From IMG/VR virus record IMGVR_UViG_3300021964_007369, positions 1 to 64,000 of that record: DNA of 64,000 nt; one strand, given 5' to 3'. The notes under the pieces are model-generated. The model was not told where the DNA came from, ran no database searches, and saw nothing but the letters and a program-made list of their open reading frames with translations. This document shows positions 46,641 through 56,172 of this stretch, piece after piece (the first letter of the stretch is position 1; each line of letters starts with the position of its first letter). The DNA comes from a virus. A program made the translations under genes and the position numbers.

Positions 46641-47161
46641 GTTAGGTCCTTGTAATTATATTTTGCAAATTGGCGTTTTGTATAGATACTAAAGTTCTTA
46701 CTACTATCGAATAAGCAAGAATTATCTTTTCGTAAATCAACTCTAAATAAATGATATAATATGTGAGGATTATCTTTAGCTGTAATGCTAAAACTTGTTT
46801 CACTGTCTAGGCTTGTTGTATCTAATATTTTTTTAATTCTGTCATTTATATTAATTTTAAGTTTATCACCGTCATAGGTTATTTCAATATCTGCATCATC
46901 TATTCCGGATTCAATTTTTGTATATCCTTGATATGTTTGTAGTATTTCTGCTTCATGCTTTAGTTCAAACTTTGAGTCTATCGTATTAAACACAACTCTA
47001 TAATCTGCTTTATTATCTTTGAAGTTTAAAATTCTTTCAACAGATGAAAAATCAACTTCAATATTATCATATCCTTCTGCTTTACTTGGTCCTACAGAAT
47101 AAATTTTTCCAGTTGCAATTTCAAAATTCACAATCATTTGTGGAGTACAATCTATATTCAT
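46637..47161 (-). CDS. Hypothetical protein
   Basis: Coupled ORF. Confidence 0.68.
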   Translation of the reverse strand: MNIDCTPQMIVNFEIATGKIYSVGPSKAEGYDNIEVDFSSVERILNFKDNKADYRVVFNTIDSKFELKHEAEILQTYQGYTKIESGIDDADIEITYDGDKLKININDRIKKILDTTSLDSETSFSITAKDNPHILYHLFRVDLRKDNSCLFDSSKNFSIYTKRQFAKYNYKDLT

Positions 47162-47976
47162 AACACTTTACTTTCGTATTTTTTAATTAAACTTTCTGTA
47201 ACAAAATGATTTTCTGTATAATGAAATATACCTTCTTGAATAAAATTACCAATTATAAGTTTTACATCATCTGTAATTGTATAAGATACTCTGTCCTGCC
47301 AAGTAGAAGATTCGTTGCGCCAATCCTGGGCTCTTGATTTCATATGTGTAAATGTAGGCAAATTAATTTTAGGATTAGTAACTTGTTCTTCGATGTCCAT
47401 TGCTTTGATAGCAATGCTTGCAGTTACATCCATACTTGCATTTTTAGGATATTTTTTAGGAACATATTTTCCATAAAATAATTCTCTGTTGTTAATGATT
47501 AATTCTAAAAATTTATAAAATTCTAATGCTAAATTAGATTTTTTAAAATAATGATATCCAAAGTAAACGTTAGGTAAGTTGTTTACAGTAAATGCTTCTC
47601 TATAATAATCACTAGTTACTATATTATTTCTATATGTATGTACTTTGTTTGTAAAGAACAGTTCATAATTTTCAAGTAATTTCCAATAATGGCTTACATC
47701 TGTAAGAAATAACATATCGCTATCTAATATAACAGTTTCTTCATACGGTGATATATGATATAGTTTCCATCTATGTTCTACAGCATAACGTTGCTCTTCG
47801 ATCCAAGGTATATCTATAATATTATCAAATAGGCTTTTGTATTTTTCTGGCACTGGCGTGTCTGTTGCAATACTTACGCTATCAATTTGTTGTGTGTGCT
47901 TTATACTCATTGCACATAGACACGCTTGTATTACATATTCAGGTCCTGTAGCAAGTATTAGATATCCTTTACTCAT
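47158..47976 (-). CDS. GT-A glycosyltransferase (GT8 / nucleotide-diphospho-sugar transferase-like)
   Basis: GYLILA, SPYEETVILDSDMLF (DxD), FTHMK. Confidence 0.7.
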   Translation of the reverse strand: MSKGYLILATGPEYVIQACLCAMSIKHTQQIDSVSIATDTPVPEKYKSLFDNIIDIPWIEEQRYAVEHRWKLYHISPYEETVILDSDMLFLTDVSHYWKLLENYELFFTNKVHTYRNNIVTSDYYREAFTVNNLPNVYFGYHYFKKSNLALEFYKFLELIINNRELFYGKYVPKKYPKNASMDVTASIAIKAMDIEEQVTNPKINLPTFTHMKSRAQDWRNESSTWQDRVSYTITDDVKLIIGNFIQEGIFHYTENHFVTESLIKKYESKVL

Positions 47977-48829
47977 ATATCATTTCCTCACGTATACGAT
48001 CGTTAAGACTAAATTTATTCATTACATGCATATCAAGTCCTTTTGTTGAAATTGCATTGTAATGACCAGTTGCTCCTTGTTGTTCAACTAAAAATGTATT
48101 TTCGCCTGCTTCCATTTCTATAAAAATGTCTCTATCTAATGTATAATATAATTTTCCTGGAAATTCTTTAGCATATCTTCCTGTTGTACCGTTTAGAATA
48201 TGTAATGCTATACTAAATGCATGATCATTTCTAAATGTTGTTGTACCAACATCATAGATTAAACTGTAATGTTCCCAATTACGTACTACATGTCTTAGTG
48301 TATCAAAAAATAACGAAGCATATTTTCCTTTGCGAAAGAAAAAACAAGTAGCCCAGTAAAAATCTATCCCAGTATCATTAATGTAGTCAAACTCATAGTC
48401 ATGTCTCCAACCTGATATATCAGTAGCGTCTTTATAAATTAGTAAATCATTTTTATCCTGAAATGCTTTTAGTAATTTTTTACTGTTAATCACATAATCT
48501 GTATCAATAACAATAGTTTCATCGTACGGCGACAGGTCATATGCCATATGCCTGTGCGAATTTCTAAATTGTAATACCTTGTAAGACGTTGACCCGTCAT
48601 AGTATCGTTTATAATTTAAAGGTAGTATACGTCGATTTTCTAAATCTATAATTTTATCAAATAGATTTCTATACTTTTTATATTTGCTGTTGAAATGAGC
48701 TCTATCAGTGGTTACTAACGTTACAGGTATGTTTAAAAATTGTTTGGCTCTTTTAGCAACAAAACACGCTTGAAGTACATAGTCAACATTATCATTATTT
48801 ACAGCAAATAGTAATATGCCTCTACTCAT
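47969..48829 (-). CDS. GT-A glycosyltransferase (GT8-like), paralog of 47158-47976
   Basis: GILLFA, SPYDETIVIDTD (DxD), FRNDHAFSIA, HVMNK. Confidence 0.7.
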   Translation of the reverse strand: MSRGILLFAVNNDNVDYVLQACFVAKRAKQFLNIPVTLVTTDRAHFNSKYKKYRNLFDKIIDLENRRILPLNYKRYYDGSTSYKVLQFRNSHRHMAYDLSPYDETIVIDTDYVINSKKLLKAFQDKNDLLIYKDATDISGWRHDYEFDYINDTGIDFYWATCFFFRKGKYASLFFDTLRHVVRNWEHYSLIYDVGTTTFRNDHAFSIALHILNGTTGRYAKEFPGKLYYTLDRDIFIEMEAGENTFLVEQQGATGHYNAISTKGLDMHVMNKFSLNDRIREEMIYE

Positions 48830-49169
48830 ATTTCAGCAACCCTAAAACTTTTCTATTTTTTATTAACTTATTATACTCTGTATGAAATCTATTTGAAGCA
48901 GTAAAATACACGTTCTTAATTTCTTCTAAGAAATCAGTAGGTGTCACTTCAACAGGTTGAGAATTGTCGTCAATAAGAATGAGAGAGTCTTGATTGCTGG
49001 TTGCCATATAACTAACAAAATTTATGAGTTCAGGATCTACTGTAAATTTAGAACCGTTGTGGTAATAAATTAGATCTTCTTGATACTTTTCGTTTAGTAT
49101 ACGCTTTTGATTGTTTAATGTTACATTAAAGTTAGAGAACTCTAATGCTTTTTCTAGTCTTTTGTCCAT
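48822..49169 (-). CDS. Hypothetical protein, first gene of the island
   Basis: AAGGA RBS; LIDDNSQP. Confidence 0.7.
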   Translation of the reverse strand: MDKRLEKALEFSNFNVTLNNQKRILNEKYQEDLIYYHNGSKFTVDPELINFVSYMATSNQDSLILIDDNSQPVEVTPTDFLEEIKNVYFTASNRFHTEYNKLIKNRKVLGLLKYE

Positions 49170-49192
49170 ATCTCATTCCTTATACTTGTTAC

Positions 49193-49221
49193 AGTATACG
49201 ATATTTAAGACTAAATGTCAA
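49193..49221 (-). promoter_or_regulatory. sigma70-type promoter with a nested late core
   Basis: TTGACA-17 nt-TATACT, with TAAATA at 49202-49207 inside the spacer. Confidence 0.78.
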
Positions 49222-49239
49222 GTAAAATATTAGATCTGA

Positions 49240-50166
49240 CTATGATAAATTGCGTGAAGTAGCAAATACTGGCTTATTAACATCAACACTATTAATATTA
49301 GATGGTCTGTTAACCTGTACAGTACTAGTTGTTCTTGGGGTTACTGCTTCGTCAAAGTTTGGATTAGGACCTTTGTCGTCATTGAAGAAGATTCTAAATC
49401 TTATTACAGCACCGTCATTTGTATCTTCTTTACCTTGAATTGTAAAGTCATTTTCGCTATATGAACTAGCAGTTTTTGTAAAAATGGTTTGATATGATGT
49501 TGTTAAATCAGCATGTCCTATTAAAGTACCTTCTGAACCGTTAGTAGTCTGTGTATAACTCATACGTATTGTACCTGCGGCATTTAACAAGTTGCGCCAA
49601 TCATTATTAATAGATCCGCCACCTGATGCTAGACTTGCACTAAACAAAATTTCTCCGCCTGCATTAAAAAATGCACGTCTATGATCTGTTGCTGTGATAT
49701 TAGTTGTAGTACCGTCGCCGTTTGTTACGTTATATGCTTGAAATGTTACAGTAACTTCATGATAAATTGTTCCATTCCAGTCTGTGTCAGTAAAACTTTC
49801 AACTCCTGCTTCAACACTTGCTTGACCTGCGGCAATATTTAATCTATCATTAACAATATCTAATGATAAACCTTCGTATTGTACAAGACCTTTTTTGTTA
49901 GTAGCGTTACTATCTTCAACTGTGTTTCCAACTGCAATAGTTGCAATTTCTGCAGGAATACTTCCAGATTGGTGTATTCTACATTTTCTCATATCAGTAT
50001 ATAACTCTGACATATGAGATGCTTCAATTGTTGTATTTGCAGATACTTGACTACTAGTTACCGATTGTCCATAACCTTCATTACCAGCACCTTTTCCTAA
50101 AATTGTTGCAATTCTTGCTTGTACTGCATTGTACCTTGCCGCTGTAATTGTATCGCCTACTGCCAT
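49240..50166 (-). CDS. Virion structural protein (tail/fibre-associated)
   Basis: MAVGDTITAARYN, GYGQ, RAFFNAGGEI; Thr/Ser/Gly-rich; preceded by a late promoter. Confidence 0.6.
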   Translation of the reverse strand: MAVGDTITAARYNAVQARIATILGKGAGNEGYGQSVTSSQVSANTTIEASHMSELYTDMRKCRIHQSGSIPAEIATIAVGNTVEDSNATNKKGLVQYEGLSLDIVNDRLNIAAGQASVEAGVESFTDTDWNGTIYHEVTVTFQAYNVTNGDGTTTNITATDHRRAFFNAGGEILFSASLASGGGSINNDWRNLLNAAGTIRMSYTQTTNGSEGTLIGHADLTTSYQTIFTKTASSYSENDFTIQGKEDTNDGAVIRFRIFFNDDKGPNPNFDEAVTPRTTSTVQVNRPSNINSVDVNKPVFATSRNLS

Positions 50167-50207
50167 TTCAAATCCTTATTCATTAACTACGTATATATTC
50201 GTAAGTA

Positions 50208-50215
50208 TATTTATA
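50208..50215 (-). promoter_or_regulatory. T4-type late promoter TATAAATA
   Basis: Exact TATAAATA on the - strand, upstream of 50166. Confidence 0.7.
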
Positions 50216-51683
50216 CTTTTAAAACACATTCGATTAATTTTTCCGAGTCGTCATCATGTGATTCTAGTGCAATACCGACTAAACCTGTAGAAGCTATTGT
50301 AGTACATACTCCATCTGCCCATGCATACACAGGTTGACCTTTTGATACTGGTCCTTTAACTCTAACTGGCACACGACCTTTTAATGCTATTGCTTGTCCT
50401 TCAGCATCGCTGTTCATTAAGTATGCAGGATTATCACTAATTGTTCCTACGCACATATCTGAAGCTTTAGCTGGACGAACTTCTGCTTCGCCGCCAACTG
50501 CTACTGCTGTACCTACAGGTAATTCTTCATTTGTTGCATATATTTCTGCTAAGTCAGCATATCTTGCTGTAGTAGCTGTACCTTGAAATAGATTTGCATA
50601 TAAATCACCATCATTATCTCTAATTGCTACTGTGTTTGCTGTTGAAGATGTTGATCCTGAATAATCAGTTCCACTTAATCTAATTGTACTTGCGGCTGTT
50701 GCTAATCCGTTGAACGAATTTGCATAAACTGTTTGCCATTTAAATGACGAACTACCTAAATCATAACTTAATGTAGTTGCAGGATTAAATCCTGTTTCTG
50801 TAATTTTTGCAATTTGTGTTTCTACGTTACTTGAAGTAATTGCAAATCTTAATTCTGTACCAACTTGGTTAACAATTTTACCTTGATTGCCATCTTCAAT
50901 AGAAATAAGCAAATCATTTGATGTACCAATTGTTAATCCATCATCAATAAATCTAGCAATACTGTTAAAAGAAGCATCAGCACCTGGTTCTGATTGAATA
51001 AAGTTTGACGCCGCTATTCCACCAAGTTTAAGTGCGTTAGTTGCTGTTCCCCAAAATCTATGATCTGAGCTAGTAACACCGTTTGTGCTATCTGTAGTAT
51101 TTCTTAAAGTAAGACCTTTTCGTACAACATCAAAACCTGTAATTGCATTTAATGGATCCGAACTGTCAATTGTAAACTGTTCCGAACTAACTGTAAATAA
51201 TGTTTCGTCATTTACTACTGCTGTTACTATTGTTCTAAGTTGTGCTGTGGTATCACGAACTTCTTTAGTAACCATTTGGCTAACACTATCACCTGTTGAT
51301 TGTGGTCCAACTAAAACAAATCCGCCTGCTCCGGCGTTGGCATACAATTGATTGTTTGTAGTGTCCCACCAAAAATCACCTTCGGTTAAACCTACTGGCT
51401 GTGTGGTGCTAACTTCTGCTCCGCCTGTTGTACGGAATTTTGTACCATCGTAAAATTTAAGTTTACTAGATGTGCTATCGAACCAAATTTGTCCTGATAT
51501 AGCTCTAGTAGGTTGCTGTCCACTTGCAAAGTTTTCAAGCAATGCAACCATGTTTTCATTTTGTATTTCACCGTATCCAGCGTAGTTTTTACCAACTAGC
51601 TTAAGATCGGTAGTCTGATCAATAGTACCATCTTCAACCACTGTAAGTTGCGTACCGTTTGTCTTATTAATTATGTATGCCAT
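50211..51683 (-). CDS. Tail/baseplate fibre protein with a C-terminal autocleavage/chaperone-like domain
   Basis: Shared N-terminal module (GKNY.GYG..ENM..LLENFA..GQIW) and C-terminal ARYADLAE...GRVPVRVKG. Confidence 0.65.
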   Translation of the reverse strand: MAYIINKTNGTQLTVVEDGTIDQTTDLKLVGKNYAGYGEIQNENMVALLENFASGQQPTRAISGQIWFDSTSSKLKFYDGTKFRTTGGAEVSTTQPVGLTEGDFWWDTTNNQLYANAGAGGFVLVGPQSTGDSVSQMVTKEVRDTTAQLRTIVTAVVNDETLFTVSSEQFTIDSSDPLNAITGFDVVRKGLTLRNTTDSTNGVTSSDHRFWGTATNALKLGGIAASNFIQSEPGADASFNSIARFIDDGLTIGTSNDLLISIEDGNQGKIVNQVGTELRFAITSSNVETQIAKITETGFNPATTLSYDLGSSSFKWQTVYANSFNGLATAASTIRLSGTDYSGSTSSTANTVAIRDNDGDLYANLFQGTATTARYADLAEIYATNEELPVGTAVAVGGEAEVRPAKASDMCVGTISDNPAYLMNSDAEGQAIALKGRVPVRVKGPVSKGQPVYAWADGVCTTIASTGLVGIALESHDDDSEKLIECVLKV

Positions 51684-51707
51684 CAGTTATTAACTCCTAA
51701 TCGTATG

Positions 51708-51713
51708 TATTTA
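51708..51713 (-). promoter_or_regulatory. Late-type promoter core TAAATA
   Basis: Intergenic, upstream of AGGAG-ATG 51683. Confidence 0.55.
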
Positions 51714-51716
51714 TCG

Positions 51717-53516
51717 TTAAACACTAGAAGTCAGGTCTTCTATATATGCCCAAGAACCACCCACTACTCTAAATAATTTCAATGATCTATCAACTGTTAA
51801 AGATACCTGACCTGTTACATCAATAAATGTAATATCTCCTAAAACAGATGCAGAACCATCATCGTCACCGTTTCCATCTAATGCCTGTACAGCTACCTGT
51901 GTTTTTTGCAAGGCTGATATTAAATTAGCCCCTGTAAATGTTGCAGTAGCACTTGTTGTATCTGTGCAGTGTATTTTAGCTTCTGTGCCGTTTTCTTTAG
52001 TGGCCGCAGGAGCAATATCGTTTATAACTAGTGCTACTTGTGCATTTGTTAATCCTGTAACATCTAGAGCAAAACTTAGTGTTTCTAAGTTTATTGCACT
52101 ATCGACATATGATTTAGTAGCAACATCTTGTGCATCTGTAGGATTAGCAACACCACCAATTTTCTGGTTGTTGGTTACTAAGATTGTACCTGCACTTTCA
52201 ATTTGTAATCCTGAAAGGTTTGACGTTATTTTGTTTCCGTCAATATTTACATTATCAATATCAACACTTTGTAAAGCACCTAGTGATGTAATACCTGGAG
52301 CACTTGTTCCTTGAATAAGTGTAATACCAGATGATTTTAATGCTGTACCTGCTAAGTTAATTCCTACATTACTAGTCCAAGAATTTGTTGCTAAGTCCCA
52401 TACAAACTCTTTGCCGCCTGCTTGTGATTGTAAAATTATTCCACCACCGTCAGCAGTAGCATCGTCAATTACAGTACTGTCATCAGTTATACCTAATTCG
52501 ATATTTTTATCTTTAACACGTAATACTTCAGTTTCAATACCAATTCTAGAACCTTCAATAATTAGATCGCCGGCAATTCTTGCAGAACCATTTACGTCTA
52601 ATGTATATTGTGGAGAATCTTGGAATAATCCAACCCTTTTTGTACTGGTGTCAATATATAAAGCATCAATAGGACCATCAGTAGTTCTTACTCTTACTCG
52701 CCAGTCATGATCAGTAAGCTGATTTTCTGTAACAAAACTTGTTCCTAATACATAAAGTTTATTATTTTGTGATGTACCAACTGTTAAACCTTGTGAGTTC
52801 TGAATAATCAATGCACCACTTGTTGTACCATTTGTATCTGCTGGAAGAAACTGTGCCGCAAGTCTTGAAGTACCTGTTGCATCAATCAATGCATCAGCTC
52901 TTGTTGCTGTGCCGTTCCATTTAAAGTCAGCATCAACAACATTAAATCCTTTTTGTATTGTACTAGACAATCCACCTAATGCTGTGACAGCACCAACTGA
53001 TGGAGTAAATGAAATTTTACTATAAATGCCTACAATAGTATTTCCAATATAAAACTGTACTACAGTTCTACTTGTACTTTGATTATCAAGTACAGTTGCA
53101 ATTTTAGTTCCTGATATTCCTTGGAAAGCACTATACTCTGGTCCTAAAAGATATGTCTGATTGCCATCATAGAAGTACATTTGTTTTGATTCATTATTAA
53201 TCCACAAATCGCCTTCAACCATGTTAGGTTCTGTCGCACTAACAATTGGTCCGCCGCCTGATGTGAATTCAGTGCCTGTGTAAACTTTTAATCTATTTGT
53301 ACTTGTGTCCCACCAAAGTTGTCCTGTAATAGGATTTGCTGGAGGCAATGTATTTGCAAAATTTTCTAATACGCTAACAAAGTTTTCGTTAATAAATTCA
53401 CCAAACCCTTTGTAATTACGTCCTATTAATGTAATGTCTGTAGAACTATTATCTATTTGCCCGTCTGCTAGATCTACAAGTAAAGCACCATTTGTTTTGT
53501 TTATTTGATAACTCAT
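51717..53516 (-). CDS. Tail/baseplate fibre protein
   Basis: Same N-terminal module (GRNY.GFG..ENF..LENFA..GQLWWDT); PTDAQDVATKSYVD fibre motif. Confidence 0.68.
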   Translation of the reverse strand: MSYQINKTNGALLVDLADGQIDNSSTDITLIGRNYKGFGEFINENFVSVLENFANTLPPANPITGQLWWDTSTNRLKVYTGTEFTSGGGPIVSATEPNMVEGDLWINNESKQMYFYDGNQTYLLGPEYSAFQGISGTKIATVLDNQSTSRTVVQFYIGNTIVGIYSKISFTPSVGAVTALGGLSSTIQKGFNVVDADFKWNGTATRADALIDATGTSRLAAQFLPADTNGTTSGALIIQNSQGLTVGTSQNNKLYVLGTSFVTENQLTDHDWRVRVRTTDGPIDALYIDTSTKRVGLFQDSPQYTLDVNGSARIAGDLIIEGSRIGIETEVLRVKDKNIELGITDDSTVIDDATADGGGIILQSQAGGKEFVWDLATNSWTSNVGINLAGTALKSSGITLIQGTSAPGITSLGALQSVDIDNVNIDGNKITSNLSGLQIESAGTILVTNNQKIGGVANPTDAQDVATKSYVDSAINLETLSFALDVTGLTNAQVALVINDIAPAATKENGTEAKIHCTDTTSATATFTGANLISALQKTQVAVQALDGNGDDDGSASVLGDITFIDVTGQVSLTVDRSLKLFRVVGGSWAYIEDLTSSV

Positions 53517-55537
53517 TAGCCACCTACCCCTGTATATATAATGTAATTCATTGTGGTAAACGGTTGCATAACATCTAATGGTTCACCAACTGCATCGTTA
53601 GTTAATATTCCGCCTGATGTTGGATATGCTTGTCCAGCCTGCGAACCAGTTGGAGCATCATATTGAATACCTTCTGGGTCAGTTGGAACACCTTGAATAT
53701 CTCTAATAACATAGTACTGGTCACCACTTGGACCACGTAAATCATGTTCGTGTTCAGGTAAGTTCTCAACTTGAATATTTTTATTCTCATTACCGCCCGA
53801 GTTACCAATAACGTCTGCGTTAACATTTGTAACTCTTCCTGAACTTGTGCCACCCATATTATCAGCACCTAGTGGCTGACGTCCTCTTAAATCTGGTACA
53901 GCAAAGAATCCCGAAGTAACTAGTGATTGGTCTTTATATTTGTAACCTATTGTTTGAAATAGTGTTAAGAAATCTGAAATTTTAACTTCTGTTCCGTCAC
54001 ACAACAACCAACCAGATGGTGAAGTATCGCCTGCAAATGGACTTACAACACCTACAGGTGAAACACCTGTAACACTGTTTAATAAGTTACGCTGTGTTAT
54101 TTTGTATACACCCGGTGTACCACTTGTTCTGTTTATAATAAATTCGTCATCAATGTTTGATGTTGATACATCAGTTTTGTTAGCAATAAATGCATTACTA
54201 ATAGTACTTGTAAAAATTTTGTTTGTGCCACCTTGTTGTCCATCAAATGTAATTTGATTAGAACTTACATCGCCTTGCACTTCAAATGTTGTTGCTGTTG
54301 CTAATTTATTTGTACTTCCTGAACGTCCTGATACTGTACCTGTTACGTTACCTGTTAAGTTTCCAGTAAATGTTGTAGCATAAACATTTGCATACTTAAG
54401 AGATGCACTACCTAAAGTACTTGTATTATTAGCTTGTGGTAAAATATTAGCACTGTTAATATCTCCTGTAACATTTAAATCAGTACCAACATATAATTTC
54501 TTAGCAACTCCTAGGCCGCCTTTTACAGTTAGTGAACCTGTTCCAGTACTACTTGAATCTGCTGTACTATTTACAATTACTGCACCACTTGACTGAATAT
54601 TACCTGTAACATCTAGTGCTTCAATTGGACTCGGATTATTAATACCTACTTTTTCAGTTGAATCAACTCTAATAACATTTTTACTTACACCCAAGTTATT
54701 AATTCTTATATCAATACTTGAACCTGAGGTTAAGTTACTTATAATACCACTTGTGCCTTCAACGGCAAATGTTACAAGTCCATCCTGTCCAACTTGTAAT
54801 CCTTCATTGTTTCTAATAACAATCGGACTTGTTGTTGTACTTGTAATATCACTTCTTAAAAAGTTTGATGCTTGTACAGGCTCTCCGCCAATAACTAATG
54901 CTTCTGCTTTTTCACTTATACCGTAGTACTTCGGACTTGCATTTAATAAAGTTCTTGTTGATAAGTTAACACCTGCATTAATTGCTGTAAAGCCTGCAAT
55001 AGTTGATTTCGGTGTAAATCCTTTTGTACTATAAATTGCTAGTACTTCACCTTGTACTTCAAATGTTAATACTGTGTAATTAATGTCGTCTGTACCTACA
55101 AGCACAGTTGGCTTTGTACCAGTTAAAAGTCCGTCACTAAATTCTGGACCAACAAGTATCCAGCCAGTACCTGTAAATAGGTATAGCTGATTGTTATCTG
55201 TATCACTCCATAAGTCACCTGCTATAGCAGATGATACATCTGGTTCAATGTCACCTTTTTTAATTCCGCCTGCGTTTACCCATGATGTTCCATCATATAT
55301 TTTTAATGTTGAAACTCCTACACTTGTATCATACCACAGTTGTCCTGCAACTGGATTTAATGGTGCAGTTGGATTACTAAAATTTTCTAACAGTTGAATA
55401 AAGTTTTGTCCAATAACCGTACCGTAGTTGGCAGTGTTTCTTCCTGGAATACTTAAACTAGTTGTAGTGTCAGTGGTTCCGTCTTCCACTGTAATTGGTG
55501 TTTTATTCGGATCAGTAAAATTTATTGAATATGCCAT
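53516..55537 (-). CDS. Tail fibre protein with phage tail-collar domain
   Basis: Shared N-terminal module; PVGVVSPFAG...GWLLCDG...VPDLRGR; C-terminal QPFTTMNYII. Confidence 0.78.
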   Translation of the reverse strand: MAYSINFTDPNKTPITVEDGTTDTTTSLSIPGRNTANYGTVIGQNFIQLLENFSNPTAPLNPVAGQLWYDTSVGVSTLKIYDGTSWVNAGGIKKGDIEPDVSSAIAGDLWSDTDNNQLYLFTGTGWILVGPEFSDGLLTGTKPTVLVGTDDINYTVLTFEVQGEVLAIYSTKGFTPKSTIAGFTAINAGVNLSTRTLLNASPKYYGISEKAEALVIGGEPVQASNFLRSDITSTTTSPIVIRNNEGLQVGQDGLVTFAVEGTSGIISNLTSGSSIDIRINNLGVSKNVIRVDSTEKVGINNPSPIEALDVTGNIQSSGAVIVNSTADSSSTGTGSLTVKGGLGVAKKLYVGTDLNVTGDINSANILPQANNTSTLGSASLKYANVYATTFTGNLTGNVTGTVSGRSGSTNKLATATTFEVQGDVSSNQITFDGQQGGTNKIFTSTISNAFIANKTDVSTSNIDDEFIINRTSGTPGVYKITQRNLLNSVTGVSPVGVVSPFAGDTSPSGWLLCDGTEVKISDFLTLFQTIGYKYKDQSLVTSGFFAVPDLRGRQPLGADNMGGTSSGRVTNVNADVIGNSGGNENKNIQVENLPEHEHDLRGPSGDQYYVIRDIQGVPTDPEGIQYDAPTGSQAGQAYPTSGGILTNDAVGEPLDVMQPFTTMNYIIYTGVGG

Positions 55538-56148
55538 TAGCTAGTTAACCCCGATAAACTTTGTACCCTTACTGTGTAATCAATTTGAATTAATCTATTC
55601 AAACTTTTTTGTACAGGATGGAAAATAACATGTGTTAACAATCTGCCAGTGCCAGTTGGGTCATATCCAACTAGACCTAATTCGTCAAATACGTATAAAT
55701 TTTCTGTACTTGATGCATTATCAATTGCATCTTGCCCACTTGGCTCACCATAGTCTAATAAGCAAGTAACTAGAATATCTGTATAGTTAGTGCCACTTAC
55801 ATGTCTTGTTTCAATTTTGTTACGTGTAGGATCAAGGTTATTAACACTTCTATCGTCAACTACTTTTGTATAAGTTTGATTATACAAACTTGCATTTGTT
55901 CCTGTTGAGTTAGGTGTTAAGTATGTAATAATACCTGTTGGGTCTATACTTGTGCCGCCATTTCCAAATGCCATTTGATATATAAATCCTTCACCTGCAT
56001 TACTTAAACTTTCTGCTAGTGAAATACTCATATTCTCATAATGAATAGCATTTCTTTTGTCAATAAGAACTTCTCCGCTTTTAGGGTCGGATATTTTAAT
56101 GTGTCCTTGTATTAACGTTCCTTGTGTGTCTTTAAATTTATCTGTCAT
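55537..56148 (-). CDS. Baseplate/tail structural protein
   Basis: KRNAIH, FGNGG, FDELGL, LLTHVIFHPVQKS; lies within the structural operon. Confidence 0.6.
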   Translation of the reverse strand: MTDKFKDTQGTLIQGHIKISDPKSGEVLIDKRNAIHYENMSISLAESLSNAGEGFIYQMAFGNGGTSIDPTGIITYLTPNSTGTNASLYNQTYTKVVDDRSVNNLDPTRNKIETRHVSGTNYTDILVTCLLDYGEPSGQDAIDNASSTENLYVFDELGLVGYDPTGTGRLLTHVIFHPVQKSLNRLIQIDYTVRVQSLSGLTS

Positions 56149-56166
56149 TTCATGATCCTATATACG

Positions 56167-56172
56167 TATTTA
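56167..56172 (-). promoter_or_regulatory. Late-type promoter core TAAATA
   Basis: Overlaps the stop of the giant gene, upstream of 56148. Confidence 0.5.

Noticed and set aside
21019-49169. RiPP cluster interpretation (rSAM-SPASM plus nitroreductase-like dehydrogenases)
   Set aside because: I could not recognise a short Cys/Ser/Trp-rich precursor, RRE/PqqD domain, YcaO, peptidase or exporter. The 75 aa ORF at 39463 looks globular. Not excluded, but unsupported.
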